Assembly (NCBI GenBank): GCA_000091205.1
Contig: AP006488.2
Direction: 5' to 3' (one strand)
Source: Cyanidioschyzon merolae
Lineage: Eukaryota
Length of the DNA: 64,000 nucleotides
Numbering within the stretch: the first letter of the stretch is position 1; each line of letters opens with the position of its first letter. The position numbers were made by a program, and so were the translations under genes. Below, piece after piece: positions 1 through 10,675 of the stretch. Below the pieces are notes generated by a model. That model searched no databases. It worked only from the letters and a program-made list of their open reading frames with translations, and was not told where the DNA came from.

Positions 1-375
1 ATGATTGAACATCTCTGCATACATATGCGGGTCATGCCACGGTCGATAGGACAGGTACGCCATGTTGAAGATCAAAACATGCGTCTCGAGGACAAGTGAG
101 CGCGAGAGCCAGCTGTCTCCATTTCGCAGTGCTTCCTGCTCTGTCTGGTAGTAGAGGTTTGCTTTGCGCAGCTCTCGCTCTGCATCCAGTGCGTCCGCTG
201 GCCACGGTGCCGCCTGGCTGGCGCTGTGCGCGGACAACTCCCACTCGGAGGAAACGCTCCTTTGTGGGGCTCGCTTTTCTTGATATGCAGCTGGGTCCGG
301 AGCCAGCGCAACGATCCAGGGCAGCCAAACACCCAGCACTGTCGGAGGTAAATGCACATAGAGCAGGAGCACCGA

Positions 376-1128
376 TTATGTAAAGAGCATCGCGAAGGCA
401 CCACCATTGAATCGTGCAATACCCAGCAACCGCAACGGTACGCCATCGAGGGACGCGTTCGCGCTTGGTAATGGTACCAGGCCCACTGCGATGGTATCGT
501 TTGCAATCACGAATATATAGGATATCGCAGTAAAGACACGGTAGAAACGAGCACCCATTTGTTTGTGATGACAACAGGTATACGGCAGCTGCTGGAGCAC
601 TCGGAAGGTGCGGTAGAGCTCCATGGCAATCCAGCCATCGAGGAAAATGCGCATGGTAACCACGAGCGCAAACGTAAGCGAGTAGGCCACTTGTTGTTGG
701 TGTCCACGCATAGCAAACTGAACCAACATGCCCGGCCAGGTGAGTCCTAACGTCGTTCGAGACCAGCCGCAAATGGCTGTCTCCACGGCGGCGATGATCA
801 AACAGAGACCAAATACCACGCGGTTTCGTTCTAGAAACGTGTGGCGATCCTTCATATCACGATAGAGTCGTAGAATAGCCATGGCGTGTCCATAAAAACC
901 AAATATCCAGAACCATTGCCAGACCAGGTCGGAGACATAGAGAATGGCGATCGTGGTGCCGCTCGCTTCTCCGATATCGTTCGTGCAATTTTGCCTATCA
1001 TATTCATCGTAAAGAAAATAAATAGACCTTGTAGGAAGCAGCTGCGCATTTCGAAGGTGCGACGGATTCATCCATACCGATAGAGACGCAAAAAGTAGAC
1101 GATCGTGAAAGTAAGCTGGAGCACGCAA
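376..1128 (-). CDS. Hypothetical multi-pass membrane protein, possibly truncated or extended by the window edge. The ORF starts at a TTG; the first in-frame ATG is ~1071.
   Basis: The 250-aa ORF has several hydrophobic 20-25-aa segments (WFWIFGFYGHAMAIL, VVFGLCLIIAAVETAICGW, VAYSLTFALVVTMRIFLDGWIAM, FTAISYIFVIANDTIAVGLV). No family motif was recognised. Confidence 0.3.
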   Translation of the reverse strand: MRAPAYFHDRLLFASLSVWMNPSHLRNAQLLPTRSIYFLYDEYDRQNCTNDIGEASGTTIAILYVSDLVWQWFWIFGFYGHAMAILRLYRDMKDRHTFLERNRVVFGLCLIIAAVETAICGWSRTTLGLTWPGMLVQFAMRGHQQQVAYSLTFALVVTMRIFLDGWIAMELYRTFRVLQQLPYTCCHHKQMGARFYRVFTAISYIFVIANDTIAVGLVPLPSANASLDGVPLRLLGIARFNGGAFAMLFT

Positions 1129-1889
1129 AAGCAGTACACGACGACGCGGTCAACGAGGTTGCGTGCCGGGAGTGCCGCTTCGAAACGGCGTGCAAACAGA
1201 CTCATTGCTAGCGTGTAGGTGACGGAGAGCACGATTGCACTGCATAAGTTGAGAATTTGCCAAGTTACCTGCTTCGAGGATAGCGTCTCAAGGAGGAACT
1301 TGGCTTCCTTTGGATCGCTTCGATCTGTGGTGGAGCAAAGAAACCCGACAAACGACTGCGGTGACGTGCACTGCTTCGACGTGTGCGCGTGCCTCGTTCC
1401 TGTCCATTGATGAGTTCGCTGCTGCCTCTTAGCGTGCTGTCTCCAAATGTCTCCGACTCGAACGAGGAGACGGAGGTACCACGATCAGCCATGAGGGCAG
1501 CGTGCAAGCAGAATTAGAGTTGCATATTGTTCGGTACCCGTGCACTGCAGTGCAGAGTATACGGACCACGAAGCATGAATATGGCAAAGAAGGTTCGTTT
1601 TTATGTATGGAGCGGTGCGTATGCGCATACGCTCACACACGTTCACAAGCCCCAAGTCGGCTAGCTGAGGATTCCTGCACTGCACTGTACTGCACTGCCG
1701 TTCTTGGTCGTTCGAATTCTGTCCATCCAGAAACGCATCCCATGCGGACGCTCGAGACGCTCTCTGCTCACCAGCGCGACTCCATGAGGCTCCATTCCTG
1801 CTATGCATATTCGTATGCTATGTTGATGTGTATAGCAGAAGGTCGAGATGTAGAAGCAATGTGCTGTATAGATCGTAGACGAATAGAAT

Positions 1890-3200
1890 GTTAGATATAT
1901 ATTCTTTACTGAACAGTGCAAGGTGGACTGCATTCCTCGTTCAGGTACGGTTCACCACAGTATTCAGATGGACGAGGAACACTGAAATAAAGAAGCAAGT
2001 ACATGCGATCCGCACCGAAACCAGATATACTCATAGCGTGCTTGCGTTCACTGGTAGAAAAACGACCCGTTGATTACTTTAGGGAAGGGGAAAGCGACGA
2101 TGATACCCATCACCTCTATCTGTTTTTCTCGCCAGCTAATTCGTGTGATCCTGAATGCACTGGCATACAGTCGCGATAAAGTCCTGGTTCATGCACAGCC
2201 GTCTTGTATCGAATTCGCAACGACAGCGTTCCCGGAACGTCCCGATCGGCACGAGGCACAGAGACGTAGCTCTGTCTTTTTCAGACGATGCGACTTTCTT
2301 TGGCCGAAATGGTCGGGGCGTACATGGGTAGTCGCGGGGATGGAGCCAGCTGTATGTATGATCGAACTTGATGAGAGCGAGGACATCATCAACTGTTTGA
2401 GCTGCAGTGGATTCATTTGGCGGCCGCAGTTTCGCTCAGAGGGAAGGCTCGTAGAACAGCACACACTGTACCGAATCATGGAAGAAATTTCCCCTGACGT
2501 CTGACGACGTCGTCCGGTTGTACGGCTTGGTATTTCACCATTCCCCTTGCGTTCGAATGTTTGCTGATTCGATCGGGGAATAGAGCTGCTTTTCATTCCT
2601 CGATATAATCCGTGGTTGAGCCCCGTAGAAAGTGTTTTCTCTATTGTGAGACGTTTTTAATGCTCAACGGGGCGAGTCGCTGAAGCGTTCAGCACACATT
2701 GGTACCTGGCCACATTGCGTCCCTCGTCTGCAAGCCCTTTTTGCTCCGCTTAGCTCCTCATCTAACGGCATAAAGAAGCGCGCCATTTGAAGAAATAAGA
2801 AATCCAAGGGATGAGCTGCGGTGTACACTTCAGAACATCGAGATAGAGAGAAGGCAGCGGAGCGCTTCGCGCGATAGAAAAGTACGGAGAGCTGGCAGAG
2901 CAGCCAATGGTACTGAGTACTCGTGTTCTGGCAATCCTTGCATGGATGAGTTCAACAAGCGGCAATATATGCGAGGAGTTCGTGAAACGAGACTCCAACG
3001 TCACCTTCAGTATCTGACGATATGTAGTGCTGAAGAAGAGAACCGAGGAGCTGACGCGATACAGGTTTATGGGGCAGTCTCTCAGACTTGAAGTGCACAA
3101 GGAGAATCTGAGAACACGATACGAGTCTGCCGATCAAACAAGACTTGGAGGCGTCCTCGGATGGGTATTCATGCACCCCACATGATCGAGGAACTTTTTC
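1890..3200 (+). pseudogene. Degenerate Fanzor/TnpB-like element, copy A, a homolog of the copy at 50.5-51.7 kb. The RuvC-III motif has decayed to KRDSNVTF.
   Basis: Clear DNA and protein homology to the copy at 50530-51700. Both share the block '...FLWPKWSGRTWV...' / '...LFRTKWSGREWV...'. Both share a ~70-bp conserved DNA block (tttcccttgcgttcga...ggggaatagagctgc.tttcattcc at 2540-2610 vs 51160-51230). Both share the RuvC-III codons (agcggcaat.tatgc...ttc.tgaa.cg.gact..aac), here reading SGNICEEFVKRDSNVTF. Broken by stops and frameshifts. Confidence 0.45.
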
Positions 3201-4414
3201 GCTCCACTGATTATATAAGCACGACTGCAGTCTATGGGAGAAGTATCTTCATGCTTTGTCGTTCGAATCATCTGCTGAGATCGTGCGAGTGAGCGGAGCT
3301 TCCATGGGAAGACGCGCGATACTACAGAGACCCCGGTGAAACGTCTAACGCTCTCCCATACGTCAGCGCATGCAACGTCTGTGTACGCCCGAGCGGTGTC
3401 TAAAGGTCAACGCTCCACGCTCCGAAACGCTTCGCTTCGTCTGCAAAGCCTCATGGGATGACGGAAGCTCCCTGATCATGGAACGGAGGCCTGGCTCTCC
3501 TGTTTTCTTCCAGTATCCTGGATCGAGTCGTGAACCCGACTCGTTATTGCGCTAAGCACTCGTGGATACACCGTGCCAAAGCTGCCGCCAAGTTGGTTCA
3601 TGTATACTCAGGGAAACAAGTCGATCATGTTCAGTTATAAAGAATGTCCCGTTTTCGCATGACGATCTCGTATCCTCGACTTGGAAAAGCACACGGAGCA
3701 AGTGCGCTGTGCTGATGGCTCAAGGCAGCGCTGCAAGCTCGTGTTCCGCACCTTTTGTACAGCGCGACGCGCTTTCATTTTAAAGAACGTGAGCGGGGCT
3801 CCTGATTTGTCCACAGTCTCACCTACAATCATCACCGCTTATCTGCCGCTTCAGGATCTGGAACGATCGACCTGCGCTCATCCTGCACGAGCAATTGTTT
3901 GCATCGTCTCCTAGACGTGAAACGGTGTCGCGGGAGCGTGTTACCGCCTGACGCCTTTCGTTCCCAGAAAACAAATCCGCGACTCCTGGACTTGCTCCCG
4001 AGAGGCTGTCAAAAGTTAATGATCGACGCTCTGGACTCACTGAAGCCGCTCAGCGGGTGGTCAAAGCGTCAGCCGCACAAAGCGCTCCCAAGGCTATGGT
4101 GCCTCAAACAGCATCATTCCCTAGGTACGTGTTCGAGAGAGCCAGACTTGAACGCGAGTTCTACGTTATCCTAAGAAGACGCTGTGGTGTGTCACAGACT
4201 TCAACGGCGGCGGCAACTAGCAGGGCGCAGCGATATATGGTAGGTCCCTCAGCGTTTGAGTGAAACTCACTCATCCTGACATTGTCAGACAAGTGCTCAC
4301 CACTGGTGGCCAACGCTCACGTAAAGCACCGCTCTCTTCTGTACACTGCTGAAAGTTAGCGTCCCAGACGCAACAAACAGCCGCGCTACCAACGAGAACG
4401 CTACTGAGGCCGTC

Positions 4415-6802
4415 GTGCCCCAGGCGCGACACACCCCGCGTACACGAGTACAACAGAGCAATGAGCCAGTGTCGCTCGCTGCTGCTTCGTTCCTGAATCT
4501 GCCTCGAATGTGGCTGCAAGTTCGCGGTTTCCGAGAGGCTTCCTTCCGTCTGGGATATTCTCACAGCGCAAGCAGCTCCACTCTGTGGCCACCAGCCGAT
4601 TACCCCACGCTGAGGATCGCCTGGGACCTAGAGGCTTGGCTCCAGCAAGCGCTGGTTGCGGAGCCGCTGACGCCAGCGCTCGCTCTTCGCCCAGCAGACC
4701 GAGCTGCCTGGCAAGTCATCGACGACTGTGCTTTACTGAACGCTTACGGTTGGCTGTCACCGAGCTTCATAGAACGCGCGATCGCTGACCTGGAACGCTG
4801 GCTCTCAGCACTCGGGCGCGAAGTGCAAGAACCTCCGGGTACAGGACGTGGCCCGCACTTGCAGGTTGTACTCCTTGCACCGTCGTCTCACTATATTCAC
4901 TGGGGAGCACAACTACAGCACTTTCGAAAACAGGAGCATCAACAACGTCAAGCACTGGAAAAGGCATGGAACCTGCTAAAGATCGGAACCTCCACAGGAG
5001 ACCAGGCAGCGCTGCGAGCAGGCAAGCGACGTATGGCCGCTATCCAGCGCCTGGTCTATCCGCGCTCGGTTTGGTGGCAGTTACAGCAGGCCCTGTTGCA
5101 GCATGATTGGAAAGGGGCCCGACTTGACTTTTTGGACCCGGCCATAGACCTGGATGTGCCCGAGGTACCAACATGGCTGGTCGCTGCAGACCTCTACGCT
5201 GCAGGTCTGGTGGATGGGGTCTACGCTCCGCACCGAGAAGCGCTCGTTCTCGCCAATGCCCCTTGGGCGCTGCTTTTACTCCGAAACCGCCAAAAACTTC
5301 TCGAAAACGATCGATTTGTATCGTTGATCGACATTATAGCAGGCTGGCCCCTGGACTTTGGACGCTATGGTGCTTTAGCCTGTGCCATCAGTGGACTGGA
5401 TCCTTTCTGTCGACCACATTGGAGCATGGCAAGGAGTGGTGCGTCGTCCATGTCCTTTGAGGAGGCCATGGCACGAGCTCAGTCCATGTTGCTGAGCCAA
5501 CCTGATAACGATTCCACCGCACAGGCAAACGAGCATGTTGAAGATGAGCGTACCGCGCTGAAGTGTGTCACTTTCGTGATATCGGGGTCAGCGTCCATGT
5601 GGTCTCATACAGCACCCATGTCAGGCGAGCATCCCCGACGGCATGCTTTCGCTTTGGAAAGCGCTGCTCTGGAGTCGTCACCAGTGCCTGGCGAGAAAAC
5701 CGTCAGCGCGAACGTGCCAGGCACCGTCACCGCCGAGTCGTACGCGACGCTGACTCCAGGTCAAGCGCCGGACGTTGCACCCGAGGCATCCAGAGATGCA
5801 GCCGATACTTTTCCCACTCCAACGGCGGTGACGTCTTTCGGCGAGACATTGACCGGGACGCGTCTGAACGAGTCAACCCCGACTCGAGCTGGGTGCGAGC
5901 GCTGGACGGCGGACCCCGTTGTCACGCCAACAAGTGCCGGAGACGCATCCAACCAGGGCAAGCAACAGGCGACATCAAACAAACTGGGCGCAAGCTCACC
6001 CGTGACTACTCGGTCGTCCGTGGCAGAGACATCCCGCACGGACCCCGAACAGGAGGCACTGCGGTGGCATCAGCATATATGGCTCCCAGTGATCGATACA
6101 CCCTATCTCCGTCGCCTTTCTGAGCAGATACTCGGCTGGCGCAGGGCCAACGACACCCAAGGCAGCCTTAGTCTGTGGTTTCAACATCGTCGTTACACTT
6201 GGCAAGCGAGTCAGGGGCGTAGTTTGCGAGCAACGCTGTCGCAGTTGCCCCACTGGTTGCAGCGAGTTCTTGTCCGTGCTCGGTTGACGGATAAGGTGCC
6301 ACTTATCCAAGGACTGGAGAAACTCGTCCTCCCAAAAGCTGAGTCGAGCTCGGAAGTATCGACAGCGGTGCTGTTGTGGCCATGGGCGCTCTTATTGCTG
6401 TCACTTGCACTGGGCTGGTTTGCCACCGATGCGGATCACTGGCATGATCGAGTGGTTTGGTGGGTATCCCCAGATAGCGTTCTCGGGGGCGAAACGAACG
6501 CTTCGGCCTGGACCAATTACTTGGTGAAGAACTGGCCCCCGTTTCTCGCGGAGCAGATTGCAGCGAGTGAGATCATGAACTTGATCCTGGGTGTTGAGCT
6601 ACCCGGTCTGCATCTGGCATCCTGCCTGACCTTGGAAGTATACGCTCAACTTCGAGTCGCGTTCACAGAAAGCTACCGCAGTATTCGCTGCTATCTGGAC
6701 GAAGGCACGTGGCGAGCATTGGAGGCACTGCTGTCAGAAACGCTGAAGCCTGTGCAGAAACAAGCGCCTACTTCGGAGCATCACGCACAGCATGCGTTGT
6801 AA
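4415..6802 (+). CDS. Hypothetical 795-aa protein with a C-terminal hydrophobic segment. The ORF opens at GTG; the first ATG is 4508.
   Basis: A 2.4-kb uninterrupted ORF in GC-rich sequence. Possible transmembrane segment (LLWPWALLLLSLALGWF). No recognisable catalytic motif. Confidence 0.45.
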   Translation: MPQARHTPRTRVQQSNEPVSLAAASFLNLPRMWLQVRGFREASFRLGYSHSASSSTLWPPADYPTLRIAWDLEAWLQQALVAEPLTPALALRPADRAAWQVIDDCALLNAYGWLSPSFIERAIADLERWLSALGREVQEPPGTGRGPHLQVVLLAPSSHYIHWGAQLQHFRKQEHQQRQALEKAWNLLKIGTSTGDQAALRAGKRRMAAIQRLVYPRSVWWQLQQALLQHDWKGARLDFLDPAIDLDVPEVPTWLVAADLYAAGLVDGVYAPHREALVLANAPWALLLLRNRQKLLENDRFVSLIDIIAGWPLDFGRYGALACAISGLDPFCRPHWSMARSGASSMSFEEAMARAQSMLLSQPDNDSTAQANEHVEDERTALKCVTFVISGSASMWSHTAPMSGEHPRRHAFALESAALESSPVPGEKTVSANVPGTVTAESYATLTPGQAPDVAPEASRDAADTFPTPTAVTSFGETLTGTRLNESTPTRAGCERWTADPVVTPTSAGDASNQGKQQATSNKLGASSPVTTRSSVAETSRTDPEQEALRWHQHIWLPVIDTPYLRRLSEQILGWRRANDTQGSLSLWFQHRRYTWQASQGRSLRATLSQLPHWLQRVLVRARLTDKVPLIQGLEKLVLPKAESSSEVSTAVLLWPWALLLLSLALGWFATDADHWHDRVVWWVSPDSVLGGETNASAWTNYLVKNWPPFLAEQIAASEIMNLILGVELPGLHLASCLTLEVYAQLRVAFTESYRSIRCYLDEGTWRALEALLSETLKPVQKQAPTSEHHAQHAL

Positions 6803-6985
6803 ACCCGCCTGGTTTCTTTGGATTCAAAAATGCAACGTCAGCGGCTCGACGAGTCCCGAGTAACACGTCGATGAGGTTTCCATGCTCTGAAACCCCCGCC
6901 TGGTTTCTTTGGATTCAAAAATGCAACGTCAGCGGCTCGACGAGTCCCGAGTAACACGTCGATGAGGTTTCCATCCCGCAGAGAC
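6800..6985. repeat. 2 x ~90-bp tandem duplication immediately 3' of the stop codon of the 4415-6802 gene.
   Basis: The unit 'cccgcctggtttctttggattcaaaaatgcaacgtcagcggctcgacgagtcccgagtaacacgtcgatgaggtttccat' occurs twice head-to-tail (6804-6893 and 6895-6984) with 2-3 mismatches. Confidence 0.85.
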
Positions 6986-8293
6986 AACCGGTGCCAGCGT
7001 CCGGGTAGAGTCGAAGCGCAGAGGGCGAACAACTATCCGGTGCGAAACGGAGCTGCACTGCTGCCAGAACCAAAAGTATCGAGAGCGTCACTCGCGGAAC
7101 ACTGCTTCGGTAACCGTAGACAGGGTACGACTTTCTCCAGAGGAACAGGTGTCTAGTTTCGTTGCCGATAGTTTTTTCTCTATTTCGGGTGTGTCCAGGT
7201 CAATTTATGGATAGATTGGGAGAGGAAAATATCGGAGTAGTGTGCGGCTCTGGTACAGCATGCACGAGCGTCACATGATGATCGACAAGGTTGCAGTCAG
7301 CGACGTTCGCATACTGCAGAGGCACGGCGTTTTCGGTGCTCATGTCAGCGTCGTGCCCAGATGCGTATCCAGACGCACCTGTGCTTTTTCTTATAAGCGA
7401 CATTGCTCCGCTTGTCGACCAAGTGCTCGCATGCCGGAGAGCGACGCTCGCACCCGGTAAGCGTCTCTTCGGATGTGTTATCAGGCGGAAACAGCGCGCA
7501 ACGGCTTCACTGAAACCTGCGAGAATTCCTGTCCCAGTACCACTGTGTGCCATGGGGGAAATAATGAATATTCTTGCTGTGCAGCGTGGGAACGCATCTT
7601 CGCCGCAAATGCTGCCCGCGTTACTCCTCAGATGCATACCCCGGCGGGAGAGCGCGCGTTATGTGCGCTTTGTGTCGCTCGACGAGCGTTCAGCATTCCC
7701 AGAACGACACCTACATCAGCAGTGAACAGTCAACAGAGCTGCACTGCCGCTAGTAAGCGCCGGAGTACCCGCGGATGCAGAACGAGAACTTGCAGCATCG
7801 GCAATGAACAGGCAACCGCGCTACAGTGTCGTTTGGGCTTGCACCAAGAACTTCGGATGCAGAATCGGAGCGCACTGCAGCGTCAATGGATACTTTCCCA
7901 AAGCAGCAGTGCCGTGTATGTGTACGCTGCAGAGTCCGCGACAGCAGTGCACTGCTCGTGACGTGCACGTGACTACCCCAGAGGAGCTTTCAGCGCTTTC
8001 ATATGTTGCTAGCGAACCTGCGATACGCTTTGCAGTGCCGCCGAACCTTACTGCATCTCGCTGAGCGGATCACAGCACCCAGATACGCTGGTAAACTGCG
8101 TCCTCAAATGATACTAGCTATCGGATACGGTAGCCGGCAACCGCTGAAAGCAGTTGTTGCTGCTCGTCGAGACATCGTGGATGCTCTGGTGGCCCGAGCG
8201 CGCCCCCGTCACCCCACAAAACCATAATGATGTCTCTGTGGTGAAACGTGTGCCCCAAAACGATAACATATCCTAGGTATATGCACGAGGCAT

Positions 8294-10675
8294 TCAAAAC
8301 GCGAACGAACTATACACGGTCTGAACGAATACGGTATTTGTAAACAGACCATGTGGTGCCAGGGCTTGCAGCACCTCCTGGACATCGACGGTGCTCAACA
8401 TCTGGGCAGCAGTTGCTCCAGCAGCAGCAAAGGCAGCGCTTCTGTTCAGGTTCGCCGCAGAGCGCGCAACACCTATCGTGAAAAACAGGTCGTACTTGGC
8501 CGGTGGTGCACTGTCTGGAGAGGCACGGTACAACGAGCACTCGCTTCGACCTGGCACAAGCGACAGCTGTGCCGTTCCGAACCTGGAAGTGTTCAGCGCC
8601 TTGCTGATAGAAAATTCTAAAACCACCAGAGTTGCACTCTGAAGCAGCGATTGGAAGGATGTATGAGCGCAGAATGCTGTCTGGTTCACCACGGTTCCGG
8701 GAGCGGCCTCGACTCGCCAGTGCACATCATACGCACCGGCATACGACAACGCTGTCTGCAGCGGGAGCGGTGGCGGCATGACCGGTGCCAGCTCGCCGGT
8801 GCGGTCGTAAAGACGGACCACAACGACCGGGTCCAGCGAGAGACTCGTGCCGAGCGCTACCTGCATCGAAACAGCAATCAGAACACCGGTGGTATTGGCA
8901 CTGTCAAGGAGTGTGGCACGCACGCTCCCCAGAGCGGACATGTCGAGGCCCAGGATCGCTGCGCTCAGGAGGTAGCGTTCCGTGGTCTCGTTGAGGTGGC
9001 AGTGCATCGGTGCTACGGCACTGTTGCTGTAGTTATAGGCCTGCAAAACGTTCTGGAGCGCACTCGCGAGCGCCTTTCGAACCTTGCCGCAGGATGGTAA
9101 CAAAGCGTTCGGAAGTCCTGATGTCGAAGGCAACGGTTCGGGTACCAACGGCACGTAGACGTTCTTCCCTTTTTCGAGGCTCGAAGCACCTGCTTCCTGG
9201 TTTCCGGACACCGCTCCTCTCGATGGGGCACTACTTGGCACCAAGTGCATCCACGCAGGTACGTCTGCATCCGGCACGTTCAGGAGCGACGTCGAGAACG
9301 CATCCATACGGCCAATGGAGATGCGTTCCGTGGGTGATCCCAGGTGAGCACGCTCCTGGTCGACGGCTGGTGTGTCCAGTGAAGCGACGCGCCCGGCATT
9401 TACCCCCGGAGCGTCGTCCTGAAACGCTGCAATCGCCTCCGTCACGATGACCGCATTGCTACTGCAGGCCGTTGTGCAGTAACTTGGAAGCGGCGACGGA
9501 AGCGTGTCGTTGCTCATCAGCAGCTCGAGCACCGCGAGTGTATTCGCGCCTATCTCATAGTTCTGTTCACCGGGGACGGCATAGGGTGTAACCAGGGAAC
9601 TGCAGCGCTGGGTCTGGAATCCCGCCGCGACGCAGTCCCACAGCCAGGTCGTCGGCGAAAACTGGTACGTGTTTGTCCCCGCACTGTACGGATTGGGGCT
9701 GAAGAGCATGAACGGATTTCCAGCCCGGTCCCGAATAAGGACATTGTTCAGGGTTGTCAGCGCCTGATAGAGACCGCCGCCGCCGAACGGTCGGCACGAT
9801 TCAATCAAACTGCAGCCTGCAGCATCGGTGAGCAATGAATCAAAGCGTCCAGGAATGGAAAATGCCGGGTACCCGTAGTGTGTGTCGTACGAAAGGCCGT
9901 AGTGCGCGGTTTTGGTCTGAGGGTTCGCGGTGATCGTCCCGCTGAACCCGAGTCCTGCCGCAATCTGCCGCATCACCGTCGTTGCCAAGTCGATTGCGTG
10001 CGGCTCCGACAGCGGATCAATGGTGGTGTACGGATCAAAGTGCCATGGCGCTGCGCTGTTCAAGTCGATCTGCATATCGAAGGGCGTTCCTGCGACGACC
10101 TGCGGGCCCGCGATCGCTCCTGCCAAGGCAGTGTTATACCAAGTCCGGTTCAGGAGGCCGTTGGTGCCATTCCCAAACACCAAGTAGGCGAACGTTGAGC
10201 CCAGATCGCTATTCGTTGCAGATGATACCGCCGCCAGCGCGGCATAGCGGGTGACGACTCGAACAGGAGCGCTGGAACGAAACACGTTTGCCCACTGTAG
10301 TGCCGCGAACGCGAACGCCTCCTTTGCCCGCACGTCGTAAGGCTCCACAAAAGTAATATTAAAAGTAGACTGCGAGCCGTGCACGAGCACCGAAGGCGAA
10401 CCCGGTACGACGCGAAGCGTGTTCGATGTCGAAGATGTCGCTGGGAAGCTGGTCAGCAGCTTCCCAGCCGCGACAGCAGACACACTGCCCAGTACGAGGA
10501 GTGCCACGAGCCACCAGCGTGCCCACGCGAGTACGGTGTTCCGTGGACCGCGCCACGAGTGTTTTCGCCGTACCCAACGGGATTGAGGAAGAGAGCGTCC
10601 AGTTGTACATTGTTCTACTTGGCACTTTGTAGCTAGTCTCTGCATCAATACCGCTACGTTCCAGAGTGAACACAA
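8294..10675 (-). CDS. Hypothetical ~780-aa signal-anchored/secreted protein. The ORF opens at TTG; the first ATG is ~10645.
   Basis: Long ORF with an N-terminal hydrophobic anchor (WWLVALLVLGSVSAVAAG) after a basic stretch. Ser/Thr/Ala-rich with many N-x-S/T sites. The 'HAIDLATTVMRQIAAGLGF' segment vaguely recalls a metzincin helix but lacks HExxH. Confidence 0.45.
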   Translation of the reverse strand: MCSLWNVAVLMQRLATKCQVEQCTTGRSLPQSRWVRRKHSWRGPRNTVLAWARWWLVALLVLGSVSAVAAGKLLTSFPATSSTSNTLRVVPGSPSVLVHGSQSTFNITFVEPYDVRAKEAFAFAALQWANVFRSSAPVRVVTRYAALAAVSSATNSDLGSTFAYLVFGNGTNGLLNRTWYNTALAGAIAGPQVVAGTPFDMQIDLNSAAPWHFDPYTTIDPLSEPHAIDLATTVMRQIAAGLGFSGTITANPQTKTAHYGLSYDTHYGYPAFSIPGRFDSLLTDAAGCSLIESCRPFGGGGLYQALTTLNNVLIRDRAGNPFMLFSPNPYSAGTNTYQFSPTTWLWDCVAAGFQTQRCSSLVTPYAVPGEQNYEIGANTLAVLELLMSNDTLPSPLPSYCTTACSSNAVIVTEAIAAFQDDAPGVNAGRVASLDTPAVDQERAHLGSPTERISIGRMDAFSTSLLNVPDADVPAWMHLVPSSAPSRGAVSGNQEAGASSLEKGKNVYVPLVPEPLPSTSGLPNALLPSCGKVRKALASALQNVLQAYNYSNSAVAPMHCHLNETTERYLLSAAILGLDMSALGSVRATLLDSANTTGVLIAVSMQVALGTSLSLDPVVVVRLYDRTGELAPVMPPPLPLQTALSYAGAYDVHWRVEAAPGTVVNQTAFCAHTSFQSLLQSATLVVLEFSISKALNTSRFGTAQLSLVPGRSECSLYRASPDSAPPAKYDLFFTIGVARSAANLNRSAAFAAAGATAAQMLSTVDVQEVLQALAPHGLFTNTVFVQTVYSSFAF

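Noticed and set aside
32-772. 246-aa minus-strand ORF overlapping the 376-1128 ORF.
   Set aside because: It is in a different frame, Ala/Arg/Gly-rich with no hydrophobic or motif content. The hydrophobic-segment frame (376-1128) is the more plausible coding frame.
3200-3260. tRNA-like T-loop string 'gtcgttcgaatcatc'.
   Set aside because: No complementary T-stem or acceptor stem could be found in the flanking 80 nt. Not called as tRNA.
5563-6123. 186-aa + ORF (and others: 5173-5460, 5761-6039 -, 5996-6310 -).
   Set aside because: Alternative-frame or antisense ORFs nested inside the 4415-6802 ORF. They are Arg-rich, as expected from GC-rich off-frame translation.
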